Positions 29,789 through 40,689 are shown, numbered from the stretch's first letter. The stretch is DNA of 56,644 bases from an uncultured Desulfobacterales bacterium (GCA_964578585.1 CAZODM010000003.1:1-56644); one strand, 5' to 3'. Notes: a model not told the origin generated them from the sequence alone. Translations and numbers: made by a program.

Positions 29789-29852
29789 TGAAATAGGTAA
29801 TAAGTAATATCTTTCTTACTTATTTAAATATTTTTAAAGGAGATTATCTGGT

Positions 29853-32174
29853 ATGAAGTTATGTATTTGTAATAATAACTATAAAAAAGTCGCTCATAAT
29901 AAGTTAATAATTAGTTTGTTTAGTTTTCTGCTTGTTATATTAATGATTAATAGTAGCTCAACATTTGCCTATAATAGATCAAATCTTTGGAATTTTAGTT
30001 CTTCTCTATGTAAATTTAGACTAGAGCAAGGTCCAATATGGTTAAGACATAGTATTTCCACTAGCACAATTTTTATTCCAATATCACCAAGACTTGAAAT
30101 AAAAAAGGCTAGATTGCATCTAGTATTTTATTCATCTATAGCAAATATTCCAGATAGATCTAATCTTAAGATTTTAGTAAATAGTATTGTAATCGCACAA
30201 ATCCCTCTTGGACGTCACTCAGATAAAATGATATTTGATATACCCATTCCTAAAAATTTGTTAAAGGTTGGTTATAATTGTTTTAAATTCCAAGCTGTTC
30301 AACACTATAGTGATAGTGGGTGTGAAGATCCAAATACTCCTGAACTATGGACTGAAATTGACACTGTAAACTCAAAAATCGAACTAAGTGGCATACTTAA
30401 ACCAGTAAGGCCAAGTCTTGCTCTTTTAAATGAGTTTGTGGATAAACGATTGTGGAATTTTTACAATCTCACTGTTATTACACCAAACAGAAGACTTACA
30501 GATAATGAACTAAAATGGGGTGCCCTTGTATCCATGGCTGTAGCTCAGCGACTCAAGTTTCTAAAATTAAATGTACAACTTACTTCTCTAGAAGAGATGA
30601 AAAGAACTCATAGGATATATTGGAAGAGGTTTCTTTTCCCTAAGATTGACTTTTCAAAGATAAAGAGTGATGCAGTGTTGATAGGGACAAGAGATCAACT
30701 TAAAGATTATATTCCTAAATCAATATATAAGTCTATCAAAGGTGCCTTTTTGGGTATGTACTCTCAAAATAATTATCTTAATAGGTACTTACTAATTGTC
30801 TCTGGGCAGACTCCTCAACAGGTGACAAAGGCCGCAACAGTGTTAGATTTTTTGAGCTGTCCTCTTCCTGATAGGCAAACTACAATTGTTAAATCCATTG
30901 ATATTCCTAAATTACCCCTTGATTCAGGAGAAAATAGAGTAGTAGGTGGAGCAACATATACATTTAAGTCTTTAGGTTTAAATACCATTACCTTAAAAGA
31001 TATAAGACCCCAAGATATAACCTTAACGTTGTGGTTGCCACCTGATTTATATACCAATGAATATGCAAATGTGAAATTAAAACTCCATGTTGTTTATGGA
31101 GCTGGATTAAGAAAAGATTCTGTATTAAATATATATCTAAATAATCATTTCCAGGCTGTCATACATCTTGATAATCCTGATGGAGCTAGTTATCAAGGCT
31201 ATGAGATAGATATACCATTTAGATCATTTCAGCCAGGTCCAAATGCTATAACATTTCAACCAAGACTTATCCCTTCTGTAACAGGAAGTTGCAAGCTAAT
31301 AAATAGAGATAACCTGATTTTTACCCTTTTTGGTGATTCAACCGTGACTATTCCAAAAGCGCAACACTTAACAGAATTACCCAACCTAAAATTATTTCAA
31401 AATTCGGGATTCCCATTAAATAGAGATCCTTATGGATCAAATCTATATGTAATGCTTACTAATACTAATCCAGATACGATAGCAGCTTCATGGATGTTAT
31501 TAGGAAAACTTACACAAATTACAGGAATAGCTTTATACAAAGTTTCATTAGGATACAACATTAATAAATCAAAAGATATGTTGGTTGTTGGAACAACTAA
31601 TACAATTGATAACTCAATTTTACAAAATGCTCCAATAACGTTTGGCGATAATGGACATCTAATGTGTCCTTCTCCATTAAAGGAACCGCAAAAAAGCGAT
31701 GTAACTAATCCCCCAAGATGGCTTCCTAAATGGATACAAAAAGATATTAGTTCAAATAAATTGCAATTGAGTAAACCAAAAAAGAAAGTTTATCTACAAC
31801 TTCAAAATTCACTTGGGAAAAATGCTATTATGATGGAGTTTGAGTCTCCATTTCAATCTAAAAAAACTATAATATGTGTATTAGCAAGTAAGCCAACGAT
31901 ATTATATAATTGTGTAAAAAGACTCATATCGCCTATTCTTTGGTATAATATATTCGGTGAGACAGCACTTTGGAGTGAACATTCACAAGATATTTATTGC
32001 CAGCTACCTAATAAAGTATATCTTATAGGTAATGCTAATAATACTACTACATTGGTTTATATTTTCTCAAGACATCCACTATATTGGATTATAACGCTTG
32101 TAATACTTTTTGGTTTATTAATTTTAATAACAGCAGTATTAGTTTCATGGATACGTCGTAAGAGATTAAATTAA
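29853..32174 (+). CDS. bcsB: Cellulose synthase periplasmic subunit BcsB
   Basis: 773 aa; signal peptide; single C-terminal TM anchor followed by RRKR; position directly after bcsA. Confidence 0.75.
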   Translation: MKLCICNNNYKKVAHNKLIISLFSFLLVILMINSSSTFAYNRSNLWNFSSSLCKFRLEQGPIWLRHSISTSTIFIPISPRLEIKKARLHLVFYSSIANIPDRSNLKILVNSIVIAQIPLGRHSDKMIFDIPIPKNLLKVGYNCFKFQAVQHYSDSGCEDPNTPELWTEIDTVNSKIELSGILKPVRPSLALLNEFVDKRLWNFYNLTVITPNRRLTDNELKWGALVSMAVAQRLKFLKLNVQLTSLEEMKRTHRIYWKRFLFPKIDFSKIKSDAVLIGTRDQLKDYIPKSIYKSIKGAFLGMYSQNNYLNRYLLIVSGQTPQQVTKAATVLDFLSCPLPDRQTTIVKSIDIPKLPLDSGENRVVGGATYTFKSLGLNTITLKDIRPQDITLTLWLPPDLYTNEYANVKLKLHVVYGAGLRKDSVLNIYLNNHFQAVIHLDNPDGASYQGYEIDIPFRSFQPGPNAITFQPRLIPSVTGSCKLINRDNLIFTLFGDSTVTIPKAQHLTELPNLKLFQNSGFPLNRDPYGSNLYVMLTNTNPDTIAASWMLLGKLTQITGIALYKVSLGYNINKSKDMLVVGTTNTIDNSILQNAPITFGDNGHLMCPSPLKEPQKSDVTNPPRWLPKWIQKDISSNKLQLSKPKKKVYLQLQNSLGKNAIMMEFESPFQSKKTIICVLASKPTILYNCVKRLISPILWYNIFGETALWSEHSQDIYCQLPNKVYLIGNANNTTTLVYIFSRHPLYWIITLVILFGLLILITAVLVSWIRRKRLN

Positions 32175-32212
32175 TAAATAGATGAGGAGGAAATACTAAT
32201 CTAGTAAAGAGT

Positions 32213-33265
32213 ATGTTTAAACGTTATATACTATTAGTAATTAGTTTTGTATTTTTATTAGCTGGTTGTCAACAGCCTGTAAAAATAGCTCAATATTCAG
32301 ATTGGGCTATATATAAAAAAGCATTTATAACATCTAATGGTAGAGTTATTGATACAGCTAATCATAATATTTCTCATTCTGAAGGGCAAGGTACAGGAAT
32401 GCTACTTGCTGAGACATATAACGATCTTCCATGCTTTAATAGAATATGGTCTTGGACGAGACATCATCTACAGATAAGACGGGATTATCTATTTGCATGG
32501 AGGTGGAATCCTAGAATACATGGAGTTACAGATTTAAATGATGCAACAGATGGAGATATACTTATTGCATGGGCATTATTAAGGGCATCTAGACAGTGGG
32601 AAATACCATATTATAGATATGAAGCGTTAAGAATTATAAGAGATATTAGGAGAAAGCTAGTTTTAAAAACCCCTTGGGGGTTAGTACTTTTACCAGGGGC
32701 AAGAGGATTTATAAAACGAACTGGGGTAGAGGTGAATCCTTCTTATTGGATATATCCCGCTCTAAAAGACTTTGCTGATGTTGATAATAGATATAAATGG
32801 AATAAAGTCATATATACAGGGTTAAGTCTTCTAAAATCAGCTAGATATGGTAGATGGCATCTTCCTCCAGACTGGCTTTTTCTAAATGATGGAATTAGAC
32901 CATATCATAAGTATCGTGAAAAGTTTGGTTTTAATGCTATAAGGATTCCCCTTTATCTAGTATGGGCCCAAATAGATGACCCAGGCCTATTAAAACCATT
33001 TGTAGATTATTACTCTTATTTTAAGTCTGGCCGTTTTATACCTGCGTGGACTAATTTATATAATAACTCCGTAGATTCTTATAATGCCCCAGAAGGAATT
33101 CATGCTATTTTACAATTAACACTTTTTGCTTATAACAAAAAAGTAAGACATGAATCAAATATAAGATTAAATCTTCCCAAATTAAAGCTACCCCAAAACT
33201 ATTACTCAGCAAGTCTTTTGCTTATGAGTAAAATAGCTCTTAAGGAAGGAATAGAAAATGAATAA
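32213..33265 (+). CDS. bcsZ: GH8 endoglucanase of the cellulose operon
   Basis: 350 aa; lipoprotein-like signal (LLAGC); GH8 catalytic region SHSEGQGTGMLLA; DGDILIAWALLRA. Confidence 0.88.
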   Translation: MFKRYILLVISFVFLLAGCQQPVKIAQYSDWAIYKKAFITSNGRVIDTANHNISHSEGQGTGMLLAETYNDLPCFNRIWSWTRHHLQIRRDYLFAWRWNPRIHGVTDLNDATDGDILIAWALLRASRQWEIPYYRYEALRIIRDIRRKLVLKTPWGLVLLPGARGFIKRTGVEVNPSYWIYPALKDFADVDNRYKWNKVIYTGLSLLKSARYGRWHLPPDWLFLNDGIRPYHKYREKFGFNAIRIPLYLVWAQIDDPGLLKPFVDYYSYFKSGRFIPAWTNLYNNSVDSYNAPEGIHAILQLTLFAYNKKVRHESNIRLNLPKLKLPQNYYSASLLLMSKIALKEGIENE

Positions 33266-35243
33266 GAAGATTTGTATCATATTAGCTACATTGGTTTTAT
33301 TTATTAGTTTTTTTAATATAAATGTAAGTGCTCAAGATCTAAAATTAAATGTTAATACAACAAATTCATACAGAAATATTATAGGCTTAATAAGCCTTGA
33401 GTATCAAGCTAATCATCCTAAGCTTGCCCTTAAATATTTTAGAGCTATAGAAAAACAAGTCATTGAAAGAAGAGATTTTAGTGCTGCAGCAATTGGAGGC
33501 TGGCTTTATTTTAGAATAAAAGACTATAAAAATGCACTTAAGTGGTTTAGCTTAGCAAACAGATGGAATCCTTCTGACTATGATACTAGATATGCAAGGG
33601 CACTTTGCCTATTTAAACTAAAAAAGTTTAATCAAGCACAAAAAGTAGCATATGGAATATATAGATATTATCCCAAAGCTAGAGACCTATTAGCAACTAT
33701 AATACTTAAGAAAGCAGCTAAAAAATATAATAAAGGTGACTTTATTGGTGCATTAAAGGAGTTCGATAAGGCTGAGGCAATAAAAAAGCTTCCCTTTTGG
33801 GCTCTATCATTAAAGGCATGGTGCTATTATAATCAAGGACAATATGCAGAGGCAGCAGATTTATTTGAATCGCTATATCAAAAGCAACCCAATGATTCAA
33901 ATGCCCAAGGCCTATTTCTCTGTCTTTTACATCTAAAGGATTGGGGAAAGATAGAAAAACTTGCTCTTGCAGGTGGTCCTTTTTCTGCTATGTGGACCAA
34001 CTATAGGGCAATGCAGGCCTTTAAAAGAGAACAATTTCTTATCGCCAAGGAGTTAGACCCTACAATATGTGCAGGACTTTTGGCATTAAATGGCCCCTAT
34101 GGTTCTTTGTCATTCTCATTTAGACATAAAAGTGGTGACAAAGGTACAAGTAGACTTAATATGACTAGGTTCCCAATCCTTAGAGCACATCAAGTATTTG
34201 GTGGGGTAAACCAAATCGAGTTATCAGTTTCTTGGGTTAGGTTAGATAGTGGCTCTAGTGCAAGCAATGATATTCCTGTTGGTACAGATGCTAATTGGGT
34301 AGATGTTAGCAGGCATTATGGACATAGTCTAAACTATGGTCTTCAACCAATGATATTTTTCTATAGAGAGGCTCGTATAGATACGTTTGCATCATTTGGT
34401 TTTACTCCAAGCCATAGTCCCTTAGGGATTACTCCTATTGGTAATTTTGGTTTTAAACAAAGGCTTAAAGATGCAAATTGGAGGATAGCACTTTTTAGAA
34501 ATCCTGTTAGAGAATCTATCTTGTCTTATGTGGGGATGAAAAATCCTCGTTCAGATACAAATTATTCTCATGTTGCATGGGGTAGAGTTGTCGAGCAAGG
34601 GATAGAGATTGGAGCTAGTCATGCTATAATACCTCATATTGGTGCATGGGGATATGGCGCATATTCTGTGCTTAATGGTATAAGGGTTGCCAGAAATAGA
34701 CATGTTCAACTTGCTTTTGGTGCTGGATATAGTTATAGCTCAGCTATATTTCAATATCTCTATGTTGGTCCATATGTTTATTGGACAAAATATCAAAAGA
34801 ACCTAAACCATTTTACATTAGGCCATGGTGGTTACTTTAGCCCAAGTCATTTAATAAATATTGGTGTATCTCTTAATTTCTTAACTAGAGAATGTAGGAG
34901 ATTTCAATTAAAAGGTCGCCTAAGCCTTGGTTATGAACATCATAGAGAAGCAAGAGCACCATGGTTCCCTCTTGGCCATACAATATACAACACAAATAAA
35001 GGACAAATTTTAACTCATTCAGATTATTCTGGTTCTAGTTCAACTAATCTATGTGGCACCTTAAGACTTGTAGGCCTTTATTGTATAAATCCACATTGGC
35101 AAGTTGGAGGAGGAATAGAGCTTAGAAAAACAGGTGGCTACGATGACTATACTGTAGGGGTCATGATTAGGTATTTGATACCAATGACAATGAAATGCCT
35201 AAGCCCAGAGTTACCAGAGTTTCTATTAGATAGAATGTACTAA
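33258..35243 (+). CDS. bcsC: Short BcsC-like TPR plus outer-membrane beta-barrel protein
   Basis: 661 aa; signal peptide; TPR-like N-terminal third; G/Y/S-rich beta-strand C-terminal region; 8-nt overlap with bcsZ. Confidence 0.65.
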   Translation: MNKKICIILATLVLFISFFNINVSAQDLKLNVNTTNSYRNIIGLISLEYQANHPKLALKYFRAIEKQVIERRDFSAAAIGGWLYFRIKDYKNALKWFSLANRWNPSDYDTRYARALCLFKLKKFNQAQKVAYGIYRYYPKARDLLATIILKKAAKKYNKGDFIGALKEFDKAEAIKKLPFWALSLKAWCYYNQGQYAEAADLFESLYQKQPNDSNAQGLFLCLLHLKDWGKIEKLALAGGPFSAMWTNYRAMQAFKREQFLIAKELDPTICAGLLALNGPYGSLSFSFRHKSGDKGTSRLNMTRFPILRAHQVFGGVNQIELSVSWVRLDSGSSASNDIPVGTDANWVDVSRHYGHSLNYGLQPMIFFYREARIDTFASFGFTPSHSPLGITPIGNFGFKQRLKDANWRIALFRNPVRESILSYVGMKNPRSDTNYSHVAWGRVVEQGIEIGASHAIIPHIGAWGYGAYSVLNGIRVARNRHVQLAFGAGYSYSSAIFQYLYVGPYVYWTKYQKNLNHFTLGHGGYFSPSHLINIGVSLNFLTRECRRFQLKGRLSLGYEHHREARAPWFPLGHTIYNTNKGQILTHSDYSGSSSTNLCGTLRLVGLYCINPHWQVGGGIELRKTGGYDDYTVGVMIRYLIPMTMKCLSPELPEFLLDRMY

Positions 35244-35254
35244 GGGATAAGGGC

Positions 35255-36004
35255 TTAGCAATATTTCCACTTTATCATCTGGGCTATTATACTAATTGCT
35301 ATCTCTTTGGCAGTTTTGGCTCCAATGTCTAGTCCAACAGGTACGTTTATTCTTAATAGCTCTTTTTCTGATAAACCTTTTTCTTTTAGCTTCTTAAAGA
35401 AATTTTCTTTTTTCTTTTTACTGCCTAATAGTCCTATATAGCCTGCTTTAGAGTTTAGTATTTTATTTAATACCAAAAAGTCTGTATTATGAGATCTGGT
35501 AGAGATTAATACCAACGAGGATTCATTAAGTAAGCTTGTGTTAAACTTATCAAAAGATTCTACAAAGACCTTTTCTACATTTGTAATATCAAGGTCTTTT
35601 AAAAGTTTTTCTCTGTCATCTATAAGAATTGTCTTAAACCCAACAAATTCTGCTAACCTAGCTACTGCACTGCCAACATGGCCAGCTCCAAATATAAAAA
35701 GTTTATTAGGCGGCAAAAAGGGTTCAAATAATAGTTCTACTTTAGCTATATTTTCTTCATCTTGAACTAGATTAAATATTTTTCTAATAGCATCTTTTGA
35801 ACCAAAAATAGAATTTGCAAACTCTATAGCCTGTGCCTCAAGGATTCCTCCCCCAATACTTCCTATACAGCTTTTATCATCAAAGATAATCATCTTAGTA
35901 CCAATTTTTTGAGGAAAAGAACCCTCTACGCCAAGTATAGTAACAATAATAAATGGTCTAGAGTCTTCTATTGCCTTATTTGCCGCCTTTAATACCTCTA
36001 ACAT
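35255..36004 (-). CDS. xdhC: XdhC/CoxI-family molybdoenzyme maturation factor
   Basis: 249 aa; N-terminal XdhC_CoxI region (RPFIIVTILGVEGSFP); Rossmann-like LFIFGAGHVGSAVA. Confidence 0.8.
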   Translation of the reverse strand: MLEVLKAANKAIEDSRPFIIVTILGVEGSFPQKIGTKMIIFDDKSCIGSIGGGILEAQAIEFANSIFGSKDAIRKIFNLVQDEENIAKVELLFEPFLPPNKLFIFGAGHVGSAVARLAEFVGFKTILIDDREKLLKDLDITNVEKVFVESFDKFNTSLLNESSLVLISTRSHNTDFLVLNKILNSKAGYIGLLGSKKKKENFFKKLKEKGLSEKELLRINVPVGLDIGAKTAKEIAISIIAQMIKWKYC

Positions 36005-36030
36005 AATAAAAGCCTTTGGTTATTCTTTAG

Positions 36031-39000
36031 TTATTCAGCAGTCTTAGGCCTAAGTGCTTTTGGTACTATCATAACAAAGCGCTTTTTAGCATTGGCAAGT
36101 ATTTCTCTTACCTTTTGAGCTTCGTCATGTTGATAGCTTATCTCAAGCTCTTTAATGTATTTGCCCAGAAGTTCCTCTATGTCCTTTAAGCCTTCATCTG
36201 TAAGAGGTTCAATACTTACATTAGCCCCTCTTGCAAGTCTTCTTTTAATAGCATTTTTGTCAAATCCAAGATCTGGATATAAGCACTGGTAGATTACACC
36301 TCCTGTCATCCCTGCACACATCCATGGTCCAGGATCTCCAAGTACAACAGCACGTCCACCAGTCATATATTCAAAGGCAAATCCTTTAATATGGGCGTCT
36401 ATTGCCACATTGCCTTTATTATTTACTCGCTTTGTAATCCTTCCACCAAATACTACATCTGCTCCAGACATTCTTATGCATGCTCTAGAATCTGCCATGT
36501 TTTGGACTATTAAAAGTCCAGATATTGCACCATAGGCAAAGCTCTTACCGGTTGAGCCATCTACTCTTTGTCCAAGGAGGTTAAGTCCTTTTAGTACAGC
36601 AGTTGTTCCTCCAAAACTACCCTTTGCAGCTCCATCTTGAGAGCCACCCTCTACAAGTGTATCTATACTAGAGATAGTAAATGCACACATTCCATTTCCG
36701 GGAACAGAATTATGTAGAAGAAGCTTTACATGTTGTTTGCGGGTATTTTGATCAGGATATTTTCTTACTATAGCTCCGGCTAAATATGTACCAACAGCTC
36801 TATCTGTAGAGTGTACTCCTTCATCTTCGTATAAGACATCTACTTGTCCTTTTTCAAACTTATCCATTACCATATCAGAGATAAGCTTTGTTAGGTAATT
36901 AAGAGGTTTTCTTACAAGTTTTCCCTTCATTGGGTCTTCAGGTAAATCTACATCTGATGGCTTTCTCAATATACCATTTAGGTCTATCCTATCTTTTAAT
37001 CTCATCTGCTCTAAAAGATCTGTTCTACCAACTAATTCTTGGAGATTAGTATGACCAAGTGCTGCAAGGTGATGTTTAATCTCTTCCCCAATTGCTCTTA
37101 AAAGTCTTGCAAGGTTTTCTGATTCAACCTCTACTTGTCGTGGGGTAAAGCCCTTAACTCCTTTTTTCTCTGCGTCCTCCTTTGTCCTAAGCTGGGTAGA
37201 AATACCCCTTGGGCATCTATCTAGATGGCATCTTTGACAACTAATACAGCCAACTCCCATAAGAGCAACAGTACCAAGCCCTACTCGATTGGCACCAAGA
37301 AGTATCATTTTTACAATATCTGCACCAGAGCGCATTCCACCATCGCACCATATTTCAACCTTATCTCTAAGTCCAGATTCTACAAGAGCCCTATGGGCTT
37401 CGCTTACACCAACCTCTGCTGGCAGTCCAACAAACTTTTTAGCATGTTCTCTTGCTGCACCTGTACCGCCGTCAAATCCACTTAGGTTTACAATGTCTGC
37501 CCCAGCCTTTGCAATACCAACAGCAATTGTCCCAACTCCACTTGTTACTGGTATTTTTACAGATACCTTTGCATGAGGATTTGCTGTTTTCAGCTCTGTT
37601 ATAATCTGGGCAAGATCTTCTATAGAATAGATGTCATGGTGGTTTGATGGTGAGATAAGTGTTATGCCAGGTTTACAGTGCCTTGCCTTTGCAACCATCT
37701 CAGAGACTTTAACACCGGGTAAATGTCCTCCTTCACCTGGTTTTGCTCCTTGGCCTATCTTTATTTCAAGAAAATCAACAGAGTTTAAGAAATCCATAAA
37801 TACGCCAAAACGTCCAGATGCTATCTGCTGGCTTCTATTGTGTCGGTACTTACCTAACATATCTGGGATTTCCCCACCTTCACCATTAAGACATACAATG
37901 TTTACCTTTTTAGCGGCTTCAGCATATGCTCTAAAGGAATTTTCTCCTTGAGATCCAAATGACATTGCAGCAATTACAATAGGTATATCATGGCGTCCGA
38001 CACTTATATCTATCTCTTCCATCTTTGGACGTTGTTCATCTGGCACAGTCTTTATATCCAAGAGATGTCTAAGTGCAATAGGCTCTTTTCGTGCAAGCTC
38101 TTCTAATTCTTCTGCCATTTCCAAAAAGCCTTTTTTGCCAACTGCAACACTTCTCAATATCCTACCTACTTTTGGATTCCTCTTGGCTTCTTTGTATATC
38201 TTTAGTTCCTCTTTGGAATTTGCATGTTCGTATCTGACCTTTCCTAATGCTTCTAACTCCTTAAAGCTAAGTCCAATATCTTTACTTTCACAGAAGTTTG
38301 GAATCTGGAATATATCAGCAAGTTCTTTTGTAAGTCCAATTGAGGCAAATATCCTACCATATCCACAAAGTTCATGGATACCCATTGTGGACATGACCTT
38401 TTCCATACCTTTTTGAAGGACGCTCATTGTATTATCAAGTGCCTTTTTCCAGTCCACATCTGAGGAGTTGAATTTAGACTGGGTAAGCCACATCATATAA
38501 GGACAAAGTGCATCTGCACCTGCTCCAAGTAAGAACATAATGTCATGGAGGTTTCTTATGGCACCAGAGCGTACTATAATACTTGCCTGACGCCGAAGTC
38601 CTTTTCTGTCGTAGCCTTCAAGGTCTTTATCTCCTGCATGTTCTTTCCTTTTAGCCTCTTGTTCCATCTTTTTCACAAGATAAGCAACCAAAAGGGCAGG
38701 ATCTACATATACTCTATTGTCACTAAATGTACGAGAGTCATCAATTAGGAGTATAACAGCACCATTTTCTATTGCTGACTTTGCTTCATCCCAAAGTTGT
38801 TCGCATCTTTTTTTTAGACCACCCTCTACAGGATAAGTAGCATCTAATACTTTAACACGTGCAGGGATCTTCCCATTTGCAGAGAAAAATTCAAGGACAT
38901 CCTCTAATAGTACAGTCCCATATTTAGCAGCTATTTCTCTTAATCCTTCTCTATCTAGTAGGTCTTCAACTCCACCTAAAAGTAGAGGGTTTTTAAGCTC

Positions 39001-40689
39001 AAGCCCTACTGGTTCTCTGTCTTTTTCTCCTTTTATATCTGGTCTATCTCCTAAAATGACCCTTGTGGTAAAGTGTTCTGCTTCTCTTTCTCTATCTATA
39101 GCTGGATTTGTAACAACAGCTACATTCTCTTTAAAATAATCAGGTGTATTGGGTAGTGCTTCAGGACAAAATGCAGCTAAGGGTCCTTGATGTCCCATTG
39201 AGCCAATTACATCTTTGCCTTCAATTGCAATCCTTTTACCAATATCAAGATCAAACTGTTGCCAACCATAGGCATTTAATATGTTATTATTTTGTCTTAT
39301 TTCTATCTTAGAAATACTGGGTTCAAATGTATTTAAAAGTTTAGATAGTTTTTCTCCTTGGGTCTTTACATCTTCTTTGAGATTTTCATATCTATAAAAT
39401 GATCGAATATATCTGGAGGCACGTCTTCTACTTTCTTTAAATATTCTTAAAAGTCTTTTTTGAAACTCTGTATAGTCTAAAACTTCTGCTCTTTTTCCAA
39501 GTCCACCTATAATTGCAATCTTTTCGCCAGGGGCAAGAGGTTTAGGATCTCTCATTGTGTGTTTAAGATCCACAACACCCTTTTCAGATGAGAGGAAGTA
39601 GTCATAATCACTTTCACCAAACCAAAGTGGTCTAAGCCCTAGTGCATCTACACTGCCCATGCATATATCTCCATATCGAGCAACAACAGCGGCAGGTCCT
39701 TGTGCAGAGCAGGGGAAAAACCATCTATAAAAAGAGTAGAGTTTTTGAAGTTCTTCTTCATAGTATTCTACTTCTGAATGTATTGGAGGGAATACCATCT
39801 CTATAGCTTCCATTGGATCAAGTCCGTAGAGATGGATGAGTCCGTAAATAACGCGGTCTAAGTCTTGGGAATCACTACCACCTGGAACAGGCTCTATGCC
39901 AAGTACTCTTCCCGTGCTTCTAAGACGTTCAATTGTATTTATTTCTCCATTGTGTCCTAAGAGAGTAAATGGTTGTGCACGTTCAACAGTTGGAAGCGTA
40001 TTAGTAGAATATCTTGAATGCCCCAGTGTCATAACAGAACGAGTGTCTTCATCTAATAATTCAGGATATACTTTGGGAAGAAGGTGAGGAAGCCCTCTTA
40101 GTTTATATACAACGGTATCAAGAGAAAGTGATGCTATGTGAATGTCTGGGACATGATCTTCTATACGCATTTGAAGCTTAAACAGTGTTTTAGCATTTTC
40201 CTGCCTATCGCTTCCCTTTATAATACCTGCTATCTGCCAAAATAGTGGGGCTTCTGCCTTTGCTCTTGGTCCAAGTGCAGCGTCATTTGTATTACCAACA
40301 AGCTCTAAAAGAATATCGATCTTTGCCTCTTTGTTGTTTGTGTTTAGTTTTTCTTCAGCAAAGAGTTGTTTTATGGTTTCAAAGATTTGCTCTTTTTGAT
40401 CTCTTATATGAGCAGGAAGTAAGAAGTGCCCTACAAAAAAGCCTTTGCTATCCGCAAGGTATGGACTAAGACCTTTTTGGCTTAATCTTTTTGCCCAAAC
40501 CTCTCTAGGTATATCTGTTAAGATACCGCAACCGTCTCCTTCACCATTTATATCTCCAGAGCGGTGCCCCATCTTTTTTAGGGCATTTATGGTCTGAACT
40601 ATGTTTGCATGTGTACTCCTTCCTCTTTTATCAACCAATGCGATTATTGCACAAGCATCTGCTTCACAGGTGAAGTTTTGTCTTTGCAT
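36031..40689 (-). CDS. gltB: Glutamate synthase large chain, single-polypeptide (ferredoxin-type-like), no gltD adjacent
   Basis: 1552 aa; Ntn amidotransferase (DACAI, HSRYSTNT, GHNGEINT); central, FMN/3Fe-4S (CISCQRCHLDRCPRG) and GXGXG C-terminal domains. Confidence 0.93.
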   Translation of the reverse strand: MQRQNFTCEADACAIIALVDKRGRSTHANIVQTINALKKMGHRSGDINGEGDGCGILTDIPREVWAKRLSQKGLSPYLADSKGFFVGHFLLPAHIRDQKEQIFETIKQLFAEEKLNTNNKEAKIDILLELVGNTNDAALGPRAKAEAPLFWQIAGIIKGSDRQENAKTLFKLQMRIEDHVPDIHIASLSLDTVVYKLRGLPHLLPKVYPELLDEDTRSVMTLGHSRYSTNTLPTVERAQPFTLLGHNGEINTIERLRSTGRVLGIEPVPGGSDSQDLDRVIYGLIHLYGLDPMEAIEMVFPPIHSEVEYYEEELQKLYSFYRWFFPCSAQGPAAVVARYGDICMGSVDALGLRPLWFGESDYDYFLSSEKGVVDLKHTMRDPKPLAPGEKIAIIGGLGKRAEVLDYTEFQKRLLRIFKESRRRASRYIRSFYRYENLKEDVKTQGEKLSKLLNTFEPSISKIEIRQNNNILNAYGWQQFDLDIGKRIAIEGKDVIGSMGHQGPLAAFCPEALPNTPDYFKENVAVVTNPAIDREREAEHFTTRVILGDRPDIKGEKDREPVGLELKNPLLLGGVEDLLDREGLREIAAKYGTVLLEDVLEFFSANGKIPARVKVLDATYPVEGGLKKRCEQLWDEAKSAIENGAVILLIDDSRTFSDNRVYVDPALLVAYLVKKMEQEAKRKEHAGDKDLEGYDRKGLRRQASIIVRSGAIRNLHDIMFLLGAGADALCPYMMWLTQSKFNSSDVDWKKALDNTMSVLQKGMEKVMSTMGIHELCGYGRIFASIGLTKELADIFQIPNFCESKDIGLSFKELEALGKVRYEHANSKEELKIYKEAKRNPKVGRILRSVAVGKKGFLEMAEELEELARKEPIALRHLLDIKTVPDEQRPKMEEIDISVGRHDIPIVIAAMSFGSQGENSFRAYAEAAKKVNIVCLNGEGGEIPDMLGKYRHNRSQQIASGRFGVFMDFLNSVDFLEIKIGQGAKPGEGGHLPGVKVSEMVAKARHCKPGITLISPSNHHDIYSIEDLAQIITELKTANPHAKVSVKIPVTSGVGTIAVGIAKAGADIVNLSGFDGGTGAAREHAKKFVGLPAEVGVSEAHRALVESGLRDKVEIWCDGGMRSGADIVKMILLGANRVGLGTVALMGVGCISCQRCHLDRCPRGISTQLRTKEDAEKKGVKGFTPRQVEVESENLARLLRAIGEEIKHHLAALGHTNLQELVGRTDLLEQMRLKDRIDLNGILRKPSDVDLPEDPMKGKLVRKPLNYLTKLISDMVMDKFEKGQVDVLYEDEGVHSTDRAVGTYLAGAIVRKYPDQNTRKQHVKLLLHNSVPGNGMCAFTISSIDTLVEGGSQDGAAKGSFGGTTAVLKGLNLLGQRVDGSTGKSFAYGAISGLLIVQNMADSRACIRMSGADVVFGGRITKRVNNKGNVAIDAHIKGFAFEYMTGGRAVVLGDPGPWMCAGMTGGVIYQCLYPDLGFDKNAIKRRLARGANVSIEPLTDEGLKDIEELLGKYIKELEISYQHDEAQKVREILANAKKRFVMIVPKALRPKTAE

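Noticed and set aside
29799-29824. 9-bp hairpin AATAAGTAA / TTACTTATT between bcsA and bcsB
   Set aside because: The stem is almost entirely A-U, with a single G-C pair. It is too weak to call a terminator and is probably incidental in AT-rich DNA.
37225-38748. Several 67-106-aa ORFs on the + strand inside gltB (37225, 37289, 37631, 38135, 38545)
   Set aside because: They are antisense to a 1552-aa gene with clear domain homology. They are low-complexity S/P/T/L-rich and lack RBSs, as expected for shadow ORFs.
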